Position numbers and translations under genes: made by a program
Shown: piece after piece, positions 1-11,618 of the stretch
Layout: the number at the start of each line of letters is the position of its first letter
Position numbering within the stretch: position 1 is the stretch's first letter
The notes under the pieces: generated by a model
The model's input: only the letters and a program-made list of their open reading frames with translations
Database searches by the model: none
What the model was told of the DNA's origin: nothing
Source: Octopus bimaculoides
Lineage: Eukaryota
Assembly (NCBI RefSeq): GCF_001194135.2
Contig: NC_068989.1
Location: forward strand, 51,288,092 to 51,336,421
Reading direction: 5' to 3'
Length of the DNA: 48,330 bases

Positions 1-37
<37 letters not shown>

Positions 38-80
38 GATATACATACACCATGCACATACACACTCATACACATATATA
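1..80. repeat. (AT)n / (CA)n microsatellite
   Basis: Direct reading of dinucleotide runs. Confidence 0.95.
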
Positions 81-1899
81 AATCGTGTTACACTAAGACG
101 TTGTGCACGATACCAACACGTTCATCTAGAATGAACTAAAACAAAACTTCTGTAACTCATTATAAACGTATATTATGTATATCCAATAGAGAATAGAACG
201 GACATCATTTATAATATCACCTTTGTGATATCAAGTTCGCGTCAGTAATATCGGGTGTTAGCTTGTTCTGGCTGTTGGAGCCTGCTGGTGAGTATTTAAA
301 GGGAAATTTGCCAGGGTTATCATTCGCCCGCTGACATTTGTCGACGCTGGATCGAAGAAACGAACAAAAGTCCATAGAAAAAGGAACAAAAATTCATAGA
401 TAAAAGGAAAAAAACGCACTGAACACCATAGCTGAAGACACTTCCGAAAGGGAGTGCCCCGCAACGTCGAAAACGATAGAGGTGTTTTGGCCGAAAACGG
501 ATGTAGTTCCTTCTGATGATGTCCTTGGCCACTGGATTCTATAAAGGAGCTGCTGAGGTAGCGAACAACCAACCGAATTTGGAATTTCTTGGAATGCATG
601 ACGTGCTTATTTACACAGGCACACAGACACACACACAATGTCACACACACACAATGTCACGCACACACAATGTCACAACGGAATTGGGGTCTTTACTTTC
701 AGATCCTCGAAACAACTGTTTCATCAGACACCTCGCTTAACATCACTGTTTGGGCATGTCTAGTATATGATCGGCATTTAAACCGGTAATGTTATTATTA
801 TAAGCATGCAATACATAGAGTTTCAAAATTAATTTTTTACAATTAAGTTTTTAATTTCATGCATAGCTATCAATTGATATTAATGGATGCATAGCAGAAT
901 AATGATTTTTCCCCCCATAAATTACTCACAGGCGATCTAATTGTTAGCCTGCTAGTTGTTAGACACAAAATACTCTCAGCTGTTATAATATAGGAAGATT
1001 AATGCTGATGCTTATTTCGGTCGCTAGGTTAGTTATGCCGACTCTTTCTTTTTGCCGAATACTTCCTTTTATTTATTCAATAAGTTCGTTACAAATTGCA
1101 GAAGAGTGCCGTTCTTATGAACATATCAAATGAGTCCAAAACTAAGCGTAAAACACATATTGTTTATTTATCCATTTCTTAAACCCCTTCCTTCTGTTTC
1201 TGTCCGCCTCGTTGCTTTCATCCTTCTAAAATGTAAATGTTTCTTCATTCCTTTTTCCGAACGCTTCAAACATTTCCGTTGACAGAATACACAATATAAA
1301 CTTTAAAACACAAAAGACTAGAATTTATTTGAAATGAACGTAACATATCAGCTTACTGCAATCAATGAATTAATTTATATTTATGCGTGTTTGTTTGAGA
1401 TAAATAAAAGGCGTTTCAGTTATTTGTATGCAACTCAGCACGTATATATCTTTGTGTGTAAGAGTAGGTGCATAACAAGACACACACAGAGACATAACAT
1501 TAAAAAAGCAAAAAACAAAAACTGTTATAACCCACAAGGATAGTGTTATAAAATTCCGGAACTCAAAATGCGAAAATTGCTAAAAGTTTTTAGGTAATTA
1601 GAACTGATCATGAGACAATATTAATACTTATTATTGTTTACTTAAGGTAATCATCAATGAATTATTTTTATTTTGATTTATCGAATTGCATTACAATTAT
1701 CCAGGAAACATCAATAAAAATTATTAGTTTTGATCAATATTTGCACATGAGTGTGTAATGAAATTTAGAAAGAGAGTGTTGTCACTCATCTATAATTACT
1801 AATATTAAGTCAATAGTTATGGGCAAACTACTTATAGTTTGTTTTTTTCATGTGTGACTATGTATCATTCCATTTGTAGTAAAGGCAAATTTAATACTT

Positions 1900-2062
1900 G
1901 ACGCGTTTCTTTATTGCCTTCAACGATTTTATCGACCCCATTGAACTTATTGAATTGGTGCCGAAAGAGTTGAAAGTGAATGTGACATCGGCGACATTTG
2001 AACTCAGGCTGTTAAGACGGACAAAGTTTTGTTGGCCATTTTGTCCGGTGTGCTATCGTTTA
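1900..2062 (-). mobile_element. Degenerate tRNA-derived SINE (same family as 8439-8856)
   Basis: Matches motifs 'tttctttattgcc...atcgacccc...gacatcggcgacatttgaactcag...ccggtgtgcta' of the better copy at 8439-8856. Confidence 0.7.
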
Positions 2063-2204
2063 TGCAAGCTTGGTGCGTCTTACAAACATGGTAGCAACAA
2101 CAACACATACTTCTACTACTACTGCTGCTGCTGCTGCTGTTACTACTACTGCGACTATGAACAAAAACAACAAAAATAACAATTTGTTACTATAGCCCAC
2201 GTGA

Positions 2205-2303
2205 CCTAAAATTTACATAATCGATCCGGAAAGGATGAAAGGCAAAGTCGACATCGGCCACTTTTTTCCCCCGGGTGCTAAGGATTCTACCACCTCGCCG
2301 TCT
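2205..2303 (-). mobile_element. Internally deleted tRNA-derived SINE
   Basis: 'tcgatccggaaaggatgaaaggcaaagtcgacatcggc' followed by 'cccgggtgctaaggattctaccacctcgccgtct', the reverse complement of the SINE head. Confidence 0.8.
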
Positions 2304-2304
2304 T

Positions 2305-2308
2305 ACAC

Positions 2309-2395
<87 letters not shown>

Positions 2396-2481
2396 TAATG
2401 AAGATAATAATAATAATAGTAACAACAACAACGACAATAATAATGATGACGATAATAATAAAAAATAATAACAACAACAAC

Positions 2482-2540
<59 letters not shown>

Positions 2541-2956
2541 TGATAATAATAATATTGTTTCGTGATCAGTTCTAAAATAATTTCATCATTANNNNNNNNN
2601 NNNNNNNNNNNNNNNNNNNNNNNNNNNNNNNNNNNNNNNNNNNNNNNNNNNNNNNNNNNNNNNNNNNNNNNNNNNNNNNNNNNNNNNNNNNNNNNNNNNN
2701 NNNNNNNNNNNNNNNNNNNNNNNNNNNNNNNNNNNNNNNNNNNNNNNNNNNNNNNNNNNNNNNNNNNNNNNNNNNNNNNNNNNNNNNNNNNNNNNNNNNN
2801 NNNNNNNNNNNNNNNNNNNNNNNNNNNNNNNNNNNNNNNNNNNNNNNNNNNNNNNNNNNNNNNNNNNNNNNNNNNNNNNNNNNNNNNNNNNNNNNNNNNN
2901 NNNNNNNNNNNGAAGAAGAAGAAGAAGAAGAAGAAGAAGAAGAAGAAGAAGAAGAA

Positions 2957-3003
<47 letters not shown>

Positions 3004-3072
3004 AGAAGAAGAAGAAGAAGAAGAAGAAGAAGAAGAAGAAGAAGAAGAAGAACAACAACAACAACAACAACA
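2305..3072. repeat. Compound trinucleotide microsatellite (ATT)n/(AAT)n, assembly gap 2592-2911, then (GAA)n/(CAA)n
   Basis: Direct reading. Confidence 0.95.
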
Positions 3073-3119
3073 AGTGGGATTACGAAAAGAAGAGAAGGAA
3101 TAGTAAAAATGCGTGAGTG

Positions 3120-4515
3120 GTAATGACAGTAGTGGATGTTGGTGGAGTCTTCTTAATTAGTCAAGTGACCTGTTGCGATTGTAATAGTAATAACTGGAAT
3201 TGTTATGAAGAAATTCATGGGATTTGACTGTTTTGAATATATCGTTTTTAATACTTGCATGTGTATTTTTATAAAGCCCTTCTAATAGTGTCATTTGTGG
3301 TGTTTGCATTCAGGATTTAATATTTTGTAATGAATTTAGACGTTTTGATATTGCACTGACTACAGGTTGAATCGTGTCTGAATCTGTGGAGGGGAAGAAT
3401 TTTGAAGCTGGGTTGTTTGATAGTGACGCGACTGTCGATGTATTCGCTAAATACTATTTTTCTGTATTCCTGAATTTTTTTCTGGGCTTTATGTAGAGGC
3501 ATCATTTGACGTAGACAGTTTTTGGTTTGGCCTATGTAGTGCGCTCGACACCCAAAGCAAGTAAATAGTATGTTACGTTCCCCGAATCACATGTGAAGTT
3601 GTTTTTCTCTGTAAAACTTTGACCCTGTTTGAAAGAGAACACTGATGCCTCAATTAGTTTTACGCATACAGCATAGTTATTTCTTAAGCATTTTTTTTAC
3701 TGATGGCTTCAGTGTTTCTGTCGAGCGTACTTGGGCTTGCGTTAGGAGACTTTTCATAGATGTGTATTGTCTTTTGCTCTTTAAGATGGAGTGCTTTTGG
3801 AGGATTAAATTCATTCTATGGCCCCTTTTAGTATGAGTATGTTCTGGAGGAATATGTCGATGGCTTCATTGTTAAGGGGCTTGTTTGTGGAGTTTTATGC
3901 TAGGGCTTTTGGTTGTAAATCCTTCTTTAATTTGGGATGTCTCGGTTGTTAGATATTGAGTTGTGGGGCACATGTAAATCCTATATCAATTATTGATGGT
4001 CGGTATTTCCTGGTAATGAATGTATCATTTAGTTCATGTAGTCATGTGTCCTTGGTGTTTGAATTAGAGACTATAATGCAAATCCTTTTTTCCTAGGTTG
4101 AAAGGGATATTCATTCTAGTGTGTCAGGGGTGGCATGAGTTGAACAGTAGATATTACTTGGAGTCTGTGGGCTTATAGTATATATCTGTTTCTATTTCGT
4201 TATTACGTTTCTTAATGAGAGTGTGGAGGAATGGAAGTTGTTGATGGCTGTACTCCATCGTAAATTGAATGTTTACATCAAGTCCATTTATAAGTGCTTG
4301 AAATTATTTAAGTCTCTCTATACTTTCATTCCAAAGAATGAAACAGTCATCCAGATAACTCTTCTACTCATTTACTATGTAGAGGGAGAATGGGTTGCCG
4401 TATTTTTCTAGTACCTTACGATAAAGACTGATTTCAAGATATTCCATGACTAGGTTAGCCATTCTCGTACCCATCGCTGTCCACGATTTTTTCGATAGAA
4501 GTTGTCTTTGATGAC
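3120..4515 (-). mobile_element. Decayed Penelope-like retroelement: RT C-terminal half plus GIY-YIG endonuclease
   Basis: Manual minus-strand translation gives 'TAMGTRMANLVMEYLE...KSYLDDCFILWN...QFTMEYSHQQLPFL...DIYYKPTDSK*YLLFNSCHP' (about 4120-4485) and 'NFTCDSGNV...CFGCRAHYIGQTKNCLRQ' (about 3506-3610). These are typical PLE RT and GIY-YIG motifs. Stops and frameshifts are present. Confidence 0.9.
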
Positions 4516-5474
4516 AACATATATATACATACATGCACGCATGCATGCCTACATACATACATGCATGCATGCCTACATACTAACATTCTAACATACATAC
4601 ATACATGAATGCATACAAACATACATTCTCTGGCTATAATTTACTATCTTGGGTTTTCAATTGCTCTCTTACCTAAGTTATCAAGAACATTAAATTAGAC
4701 TGTACGTGGTTGAGCATTCCACAAAAACATGTGCTCTGTTTTCTGTCCGATATGTAAAATTCATGTAATATATTCTGTCAAGTTTGTATCTTGATATCTC
4801 GGAGAAATTTCATCAAAATGACTTCTACATACTTTCTATAAATATCTGTTCACACATATGACATTGGTATATAGGTGGTTATAAAAATGAGAACTCTTCA
4901 ACATGAGACACAGTGGAGACATATGCTATGCAAAGGTCGTCCGCATTCATCGGCTAACTTGATGTCGTCGTACAACAGAAATATTCTTGCTATCGGTACA
5001 CATCAAAAATTCCATAGTATCCGTAGAGTTTATATACAAAGATAAATGATAGAAGATAGAATGTACAACGATGGAAAGTAGCCCTTCGCAAGCGGGTATT
5101 CAACTAAGTTCTTCGTTAGAGCCTGCAACAATTTCGCTAGGTGTGATAATGCAGTTTGTGCTTCAACAATTTATAAACAAAAACAAAGCCCATGGATATA
5201 CTGACTGACAAAATAAAATTCTAATCAAAGAAATAAAGAACTACACGAAAAAGGGTCATTTCTATCTGCATGATTAGGGTTTGGATTAGGGTTATGGACT
5301 ACAAATATAAAAATGTGTCGAAACAATTGTAATGATTTTAAAATAAAGATTGCCGTTCATTCTATTGTTATAGTCGACCTATCTATATGTCTATCTATCT
5401 GTCTGTCTGCCTGTATGTCTGTCTATGTATCTATCCATCTATCTATCTATCTATTCTCTCTCGGTGTCTCTATA

Positions 5475-5475
<1 letters not shown>

Positions 5476-5541
<66 letters not shown>
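5476..5541. repeat. (TA)n microsatellite
   Basis: Direct reading. Confidence 0.95.
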
Positions 5542-5544
<3 letters not shown>

Positions 5545-8438
5545 AGCATATACATACATGCACAAACTTTTATTTATATATGCATGTATGTAACTACACA
5601 CCCAGATACATACAGACACACACCTATTACCTATCAGTGGCAAATGGATTTATTTTTCCTTCACCTAGTAATGTTGACAATTACATTGTGCTGTGTTATA
5701 ACACCGTCTGTGTGATGTATTTCTAAACAGAAAGAGAATTGCATATGAATAGGTTATGCTATGTATATTGTCTAGAACATTAGACACATTATTATAATAT
5801 AATTAAGCGATCGAGTAGATCTGTGTAACGTTTTGAACTTAATAAAGAAATATTAAAGACCGTGGGGAATACTTTCACGAATCGTATTTGAAATTATTGC
5901 ATCAATGAGAGCAAATGAGCAGACATCCAATCAAATTCGATACAATTACACATTTTGAATGACGAAAATTGCAGTATATGGGGAGATACAAATGGTTGAC
6001 CTCTAAGCTATTATTTTGGCTTTGTATCTATTCAGATTATCTGTATATTATATCACTGCATAGTCTTCCTGTCAGACAAAATATCAATTTTCCTAAACAT
6101 TGTAATTAGTCCGTACATCATTTTCATCAGAGAGAAATATATTTCTTCAACCATTCATCATCATTTAAACTATAATGAATCTGTCAGGTATATTTAAAAA
6201 CATCGTTATGTCTAATATTCCCATGATTAAAGCGAAACATTTTCATAAACAAACAATTACGCACTACTTTAAAGCAGTATCTACCATTGATCTGTAATGT
6301 ACAAGACAAAATGATTTAGATGAAAAGGAGGTCTTTCAAATATCAGCGTTCAACTGAAACTATACGTCAGTAATTGATTCCGGCAATGATTTACAGTTGA
6401 TTTTTTATTTCAAACATTCTAATATCTATTTTATCTTAATTTCCCGTTGTTTATGTTTCATGTTTGATATCATATGTTTTTATTACGTCTATTGATTTTT
6501 CTGTGAAATGATATGAAGTACTTGTGGCTTTTCCAAGCCAAGCCCACTAAGAAGAGTTGAGATTGATGCAGTTAACTTTTCTCTCAAGCAGTTACTAATT
6601 CACGGTTGCAGACCACGAAAAGTCAGGGAAGGATTTCCTGTGGATAGGTCTGTTAAGAGGAATGAAAATGAGTTGTCTTTTGTTGGTATTAGTACAAAGG
6701 TAGAATATGTGTGCCGCATCTAAGAGAGAGGTGATGAAGTGGAAGAGGCAATTCCGCTTGTCGTGTATATGCTGATATCAAAATAACTGCTTGTATAAAG
6801 TCTGTCGTTAAAATTTAAGTGTGTGCTGTTTACTCTTTTCATACTTATCAGGTCGATAGGAAAGTCTGAGAATCGTGGTCTAGCTTGCGTGTATACAAAT
6901 AACTACATCGTCCAGATGTAAGCGCTGATTCCTATTGTGTATTTAATGCAATCATTCGCATAATTAAAAAGTTGTAAATTAAATTAAAGCCTACAAAATA
7001 ATGAATAGTTCGACGGATATTGACATTCGGAATGTCAATATCCATCAATTGGAATTTTCATATAGAATTTGATAATTCATGTTCTTTCATATTTTATTCT
7101 CCTTTAGTCCATCTCTTGAGTGAAAATTTATAATCTGAATTCACTATTGTATATTCATTTGATTTTTACATAGTTTCAGAACATGCTTCAAATAAAGCAA
7201 ATATTATTTCGCAACGTATATTAACAATTAAATGCATGTATATTACATTTTCAACTGTAGAGTTCGCGATAGATGGAACTATATTTTTTAGTTTGTAGAT
7301 TCTAGATTAAGAAACTCTTTGGCAGATACATACAAAGGATGCCAGGTGCTTGGATATCTCACATGCGAAATGTTTTTCCTACGAGAGTACTGGATCTCGG
7401 GTATGTACTAGTTTTCATACGGCCAATCAACTATCAAACTACTTTATGAGTGTATAACAAGTAATGGGCGATATGATAAGGTCAATTAGGTAAGGAATGT
7501 GCCAGAATTCTTTTCTCTTTTAATAATGCTTCTCGTTCTTGTTCTTGTTTCAAACATGGCTGCTCCTGTGTAGTTATTTGTGTTGTTGTTTACTTTGTAA
7601 AACAGTAAGGGGAGAGGTTTGCCGGCACATCACGTCTAACCACATTTTTCCATCCACATCTTTTCCATATGGGCAGTAGCAAAATCCGACAATAGGTATA
7701 GTTGAAAATATATCTAATTACTTGTTTCCTTCTAAATTCAGGCATAACTTGGCGATCGGTTGACTTACAAAACTGTTCTTCGTCTTCTTTTTAACTCATT
7801 CACTAATGTTATGTTCACAATAAGGTCAAGGTGAGCTCTGAGGGGCTGTATGCAAATGAGTTCATTACTGGGGTCCGGAACTGTCGTGGGAAAAGCTTTC
7901 GCATCCCGGATGATATACACGTTCGCACACACGCACACACAGAAACACACACAACACACACACACTAAAACAAACCGATACACAGACACAGGCACACATA
8001 CAAAAACACACGCACTCACACACACACACTTACACACGTACAGACACACATATTAGAAAGAGACAGAGAACAAGTAAAATGTGGTATCAATTTGCACCAT
8101 GAAATTTATAATTCAATCAAAATCGCAGAGTAGTTAGAGTGAATAAGGAATTAAGAAGTGTGGTGTAGAGTCTCCTAGAATAGTTTCTAAAATTGATGAG
8201 CATGTGGAATATAAGCTATTGAGGTAAGAGTTCCATGTAAGCCAATTTTTCCGCCTTCGGACAAAAGGCATTGAGGAATATTCATATTAAAAGATATTAG
8301 TAGCTACCAGTTCATTGAAAAAATAAAGAACATTCTTTTGGAAAGATAGCCGCCCTATTATCGGAAAATGAAGAGAATCCCATTGAAAATGTAATACCAG
8401 TTAGCAACTCCATTGCTGCAAAATCAAGGAATATTCTT

Positions 8439-8856
8439 TTCTACTCTAGGCAGAAGGCCCGAAATATTCGGGGAAGTGTCCAGTCGATTAGATCGACCCC
8501 AGTACGCAACTGGTACTTAATTTATTGACTCCGAAAGGATGAAGGGCAAAGTCGACCTCGGTGGAGTTTGAACTGAGAACGTAAAGACAGACGAAATACC
8601 GCTAAGCATTTCGCCCAGCGTGCTAACGTTTCTTATTTCTTTATTGCCCACAAGGGGCTAAACATAGAGGGGTCAAATAATGGGATTAAGTCGATTACAT
8701 CGACTCCAGGGAGTAACTGGTACTTAATTTATCAACCCCGAAATGATGAAAGGCAAAGTCGACCTCGGCGGAATATGAACTCAGAACATAGCGGCAGACG
8801 AAATGCCGCTAAGCATTTCGCCGGGCATGCTAACGTTTCTACCACCTCGCCGCCTT
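8439..8856 (-). mobile_element. Dimeric tRNA-derived SINE with 17-bp target-site duplication
   Basis: Two monomers (about 8439-8632 and 8633-8856) each carry 'gaaaggatgaaaggcaaagtcgacctcgg...gaactcagaac...gctaagcatttcgcc'. They are flanked by identical AATCAAGGAATATTCTT at 8422-8438 and 8857-8873. Confidence 0.92.
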
Positions 8857-9164
8857 AATCAAGGAATATTCTTAGTGAAAGACAATAGTAGTTACCAGTT
8901 CCATTGCAATACATACCTATCACATTACCTCATTTTAATTATATAATTCAATAAGCATATTTATTGTACATGTTTACAGATATGATGCAACTAATAAGCA
9001 TTCATCTTTTTCATGATACACAACATACGTTCACACTATGCAGTGATATCCATCTGAAAAATCCTGAAAGAAATTGCACGAAACTTTGGTATTGAACGCA
9101 ATACGAAGCAGAACGGCTCACCACTTAACAGTGCCAAAATCACAACAGTTCTTATATAACTTTG

Positions 9165-9625
9165 AATGCGAAAGTTTCGTAGAATTCCTTCCAGGACTTT
9201 GAAGATGTCTATCACTGCATATCTTTTCTGCCTACATTGTAGGCTGTAGATCCTTAACTTTTGCCCCTTCTCCCACTAGCTGATATGTCACATTGAGATG
9301 ATCTTTTCTCTATGACTTGCTACATTGCTAGATCCGACCTTATATTACACCATGTGGTGTCCATAGTTGGGAGCAGTAGTCAAAACGACCGAGAGCCAAT
9401 GTCCTCTAGAGAAGATTTCCTGTTCTCTGGTTCTGAATGATCTGAGGATCGATCCGATCAACCACCTGAATTGTATTATGTATTATGCACATGGAAATAT
9501 GCATCATTGCTCATATGAATTCCAGGTCGGGAAGTAATTTTAGTTCAAGGATTACTACCTTTCTACGGTCAGTGTATCTTCTTTGAATTTCATTCAGCCT
9601 CATGTGCTGGTATCGCAGGGCATGT
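9165..9625 (-). mobile_element. CR1-group LINE fragment (RT thumb / C-terminal region)
   Basis: Minus-strand translation contains 'TLALGRFDYCSQLWTPH' followed by a degenerate remnant of 'YWERLK..L.SL..RR.RY..I...KILEG', typical of CR1-group ORF2. Confidence 0.75.
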
Positions 9626-9641
9626 GATTTTACAACTTCAA

Positions 9642-9755
9642 AACTCGGAATCTTGGGGTTGATAACCCAAGATTTCGAGTTCGATTCGAGGCAGTGACCT
9701 GAATAATGATGATAATATTAATAATAATAATAATAATAATAACAACAACAACAAC

Positions 9756-9790
<35 letters not shown>

Positions 9791-10207
9791 CAACAACAAC
9801 AATAACAACAATAATAATAATAATAATAACAACAACAACAACATCGAAAAATACCTTAGGAATGAGAACCCAGGTTCCTAATTTCCCCAAGACATCTGCT
9901 GATGGCTGCAGGGTACATCAGCCGAAAGGTTGTGTTAACAAAAAAGAACATGGGGACAATATCCGTCATATGTAAATAATGTAAATAATGTGCATAATTC
10001 CTCATCTCTTAAATATAGAACTGTACTATCCGAGACTGTACATTTTAAGTGTAGTTCTTTATTTGGAGGGAATAAGGTTTCAGCTTTATATTTTGAGTAG
10101 TAAACGCAATGGGTGTGATACACTATTCCATTATCAACGCATGGTTTTGTAATACTTTTGCTAACATTAATGTACATGAATCCTAATCTCTTAAATATAG
10201 AACTGTA
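9642..10207 (+). mobile_element. Composite element copy A: tRNA-like head remnant, (AAT/AAC)n tract, Penelope-like tail with hammerhead motif, 3' extension
   Basis: B-box GTTCGATTC at 9679-9687, microsatellite at 9702-9841, tail 'catcgaaaaataccttaggaatgagaacccagg...' from 9842 that is homologous to 11922-11619 (minus) and 13139-13292 (plus). Confidence 0.85.
9891..9936 (+). ncRNA. Minimal type I hammerhead ribozyme motif, copy A (core mutated)
   Basis: GACAT-CTGCTGA-T-GGCTG[CAGGGTACAT]CAGCC-GAAA-G-GTT-GTGTT. The core reads CUGCUGA instead of CUGAUGA, so it is probably inactive. Confidence 0.7.
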
Positions 10208-11618
10208 GAATTTAGATTGAGTAGAAGGCTGTCAGTCATGAGGTATTTGTTTTAGGTTTTTAGTCATAAATAAACTAATATAGAAATTTTTCTGAGGCAT
10301 TTTTAAATGTAATACAATGGGGAGACCCAGCTCATGCAAGTATTTTCATCCGCAATGTTGCATTTATTCTATTTTAATTTTATTGTATCTGTTTATTTAT
10401 TGAATTTTGCAAAGCACGACCCGAGCTTATTTTTGTATCTTACATGCAGAATTTAAATGATTTGTTCTTTGAGTGCATTTTTTACTCCAGTTTCGCAAAC
10501 CACATTGAATTCACTTCACGCACATCGCGCAAAAGAAGAGTTTAATTAAAATTTGCTCCGGGATACCCGAAACTCAAACTGTAATTACATTGTAGAATAT
10601 ACTGCAATGCTAGATAATATATTGGGAGCTCCAGCGTATACCAACGATGAGTGGACGGAAGAGGTTAACTTTTATAGACAAGTCTTATTAACCTATGAAT
10701 AAAAAGCTATCTTCTTTTATAAATTTAAGAAACGTATAGGAATGATTTCATTGATGATTTGTAGTACAAAATATTGGTTCCCTTTCCTCCTATCACTGCT
10801 CGGATTTTCTAAGCCGTTATGTGGATAATAGTTACGTAGCTTCAGTTTAGACTTACATGTGGCATTCTTAATATTTACAACCAATCTTCGTTGTTTCAAG
10901 GACATCAATGATCTTAAGAAACATCTCAGCCTCACAATTTATAAATTCCTGTTCAATGCATCTATTAATTCGAAGGTTATTTAAGTTACATTTTATATTC
11001 TTAGATTCCTTAACTCAGATTTCTTATATTTCTTCAGTGAAGTTTGAGTAAATATATCAATCATTGGCTACTTGAACAAGAATTTCTTATATTCCCCCAT
11101 AATAGCATATTAATTGGCATGTACGCTCCATATAATTAGCTAATTCTCTCGGATCCAAATTACGGTGAGGGAGATTCTATTTAGGAGCCATTACGTATCA
11201 GATTGGTTCAAACTGAATTCTATATAAGTTATCACTGCATGATTCGTTATCTGAATAGAAGCAATATTCTTAACTTCAGTGATTATATGAGAGCCAGATG
11301 TAGTTGTAAGTCCATCATTATATACTTAAGTCTCATCATTAACCTGAAGGAATTTCAATAGAGTTAGGAATCTAAATCCAAATTTGTCATCAGGTTAGGC
11401 AAATCCATTAAACAAACCGTTCATTATCGTAAAGGTCTGAAAAATTGATTGCTGTTTTCATTTTTACTTAACAAGTTAGTTTAAGATGTAATTTTAATCA
11501 CAAATTCTGATATTTCTATGTAAAATCGTTAATGGATTATTATAATTTTGAATAATATCCCGATTCATTACACTTTGATTAATAGTTAACTTCATAAAAT
11601 GTAACTGCATACATAGAG

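Noticed and set aside
432-490. CTGAAGA followed by a hairpin, resembling a hammerhead
   Set aside because: No GAAA directly after the stem, so the core geometry is not met.
320-532. Neuropeptide-like 'RRNYIRF...HLYRFRR' in a minus-strand ORF
   Set aside because: RF is not followed by Gly and a basic cleavage site, there is no signal peptide, and the ORF starts at a non-ATG codon.
5272-5293. Two TTAGGG hexamers
   Set aside because: Only two non-adjacent units; not a telomeric array.
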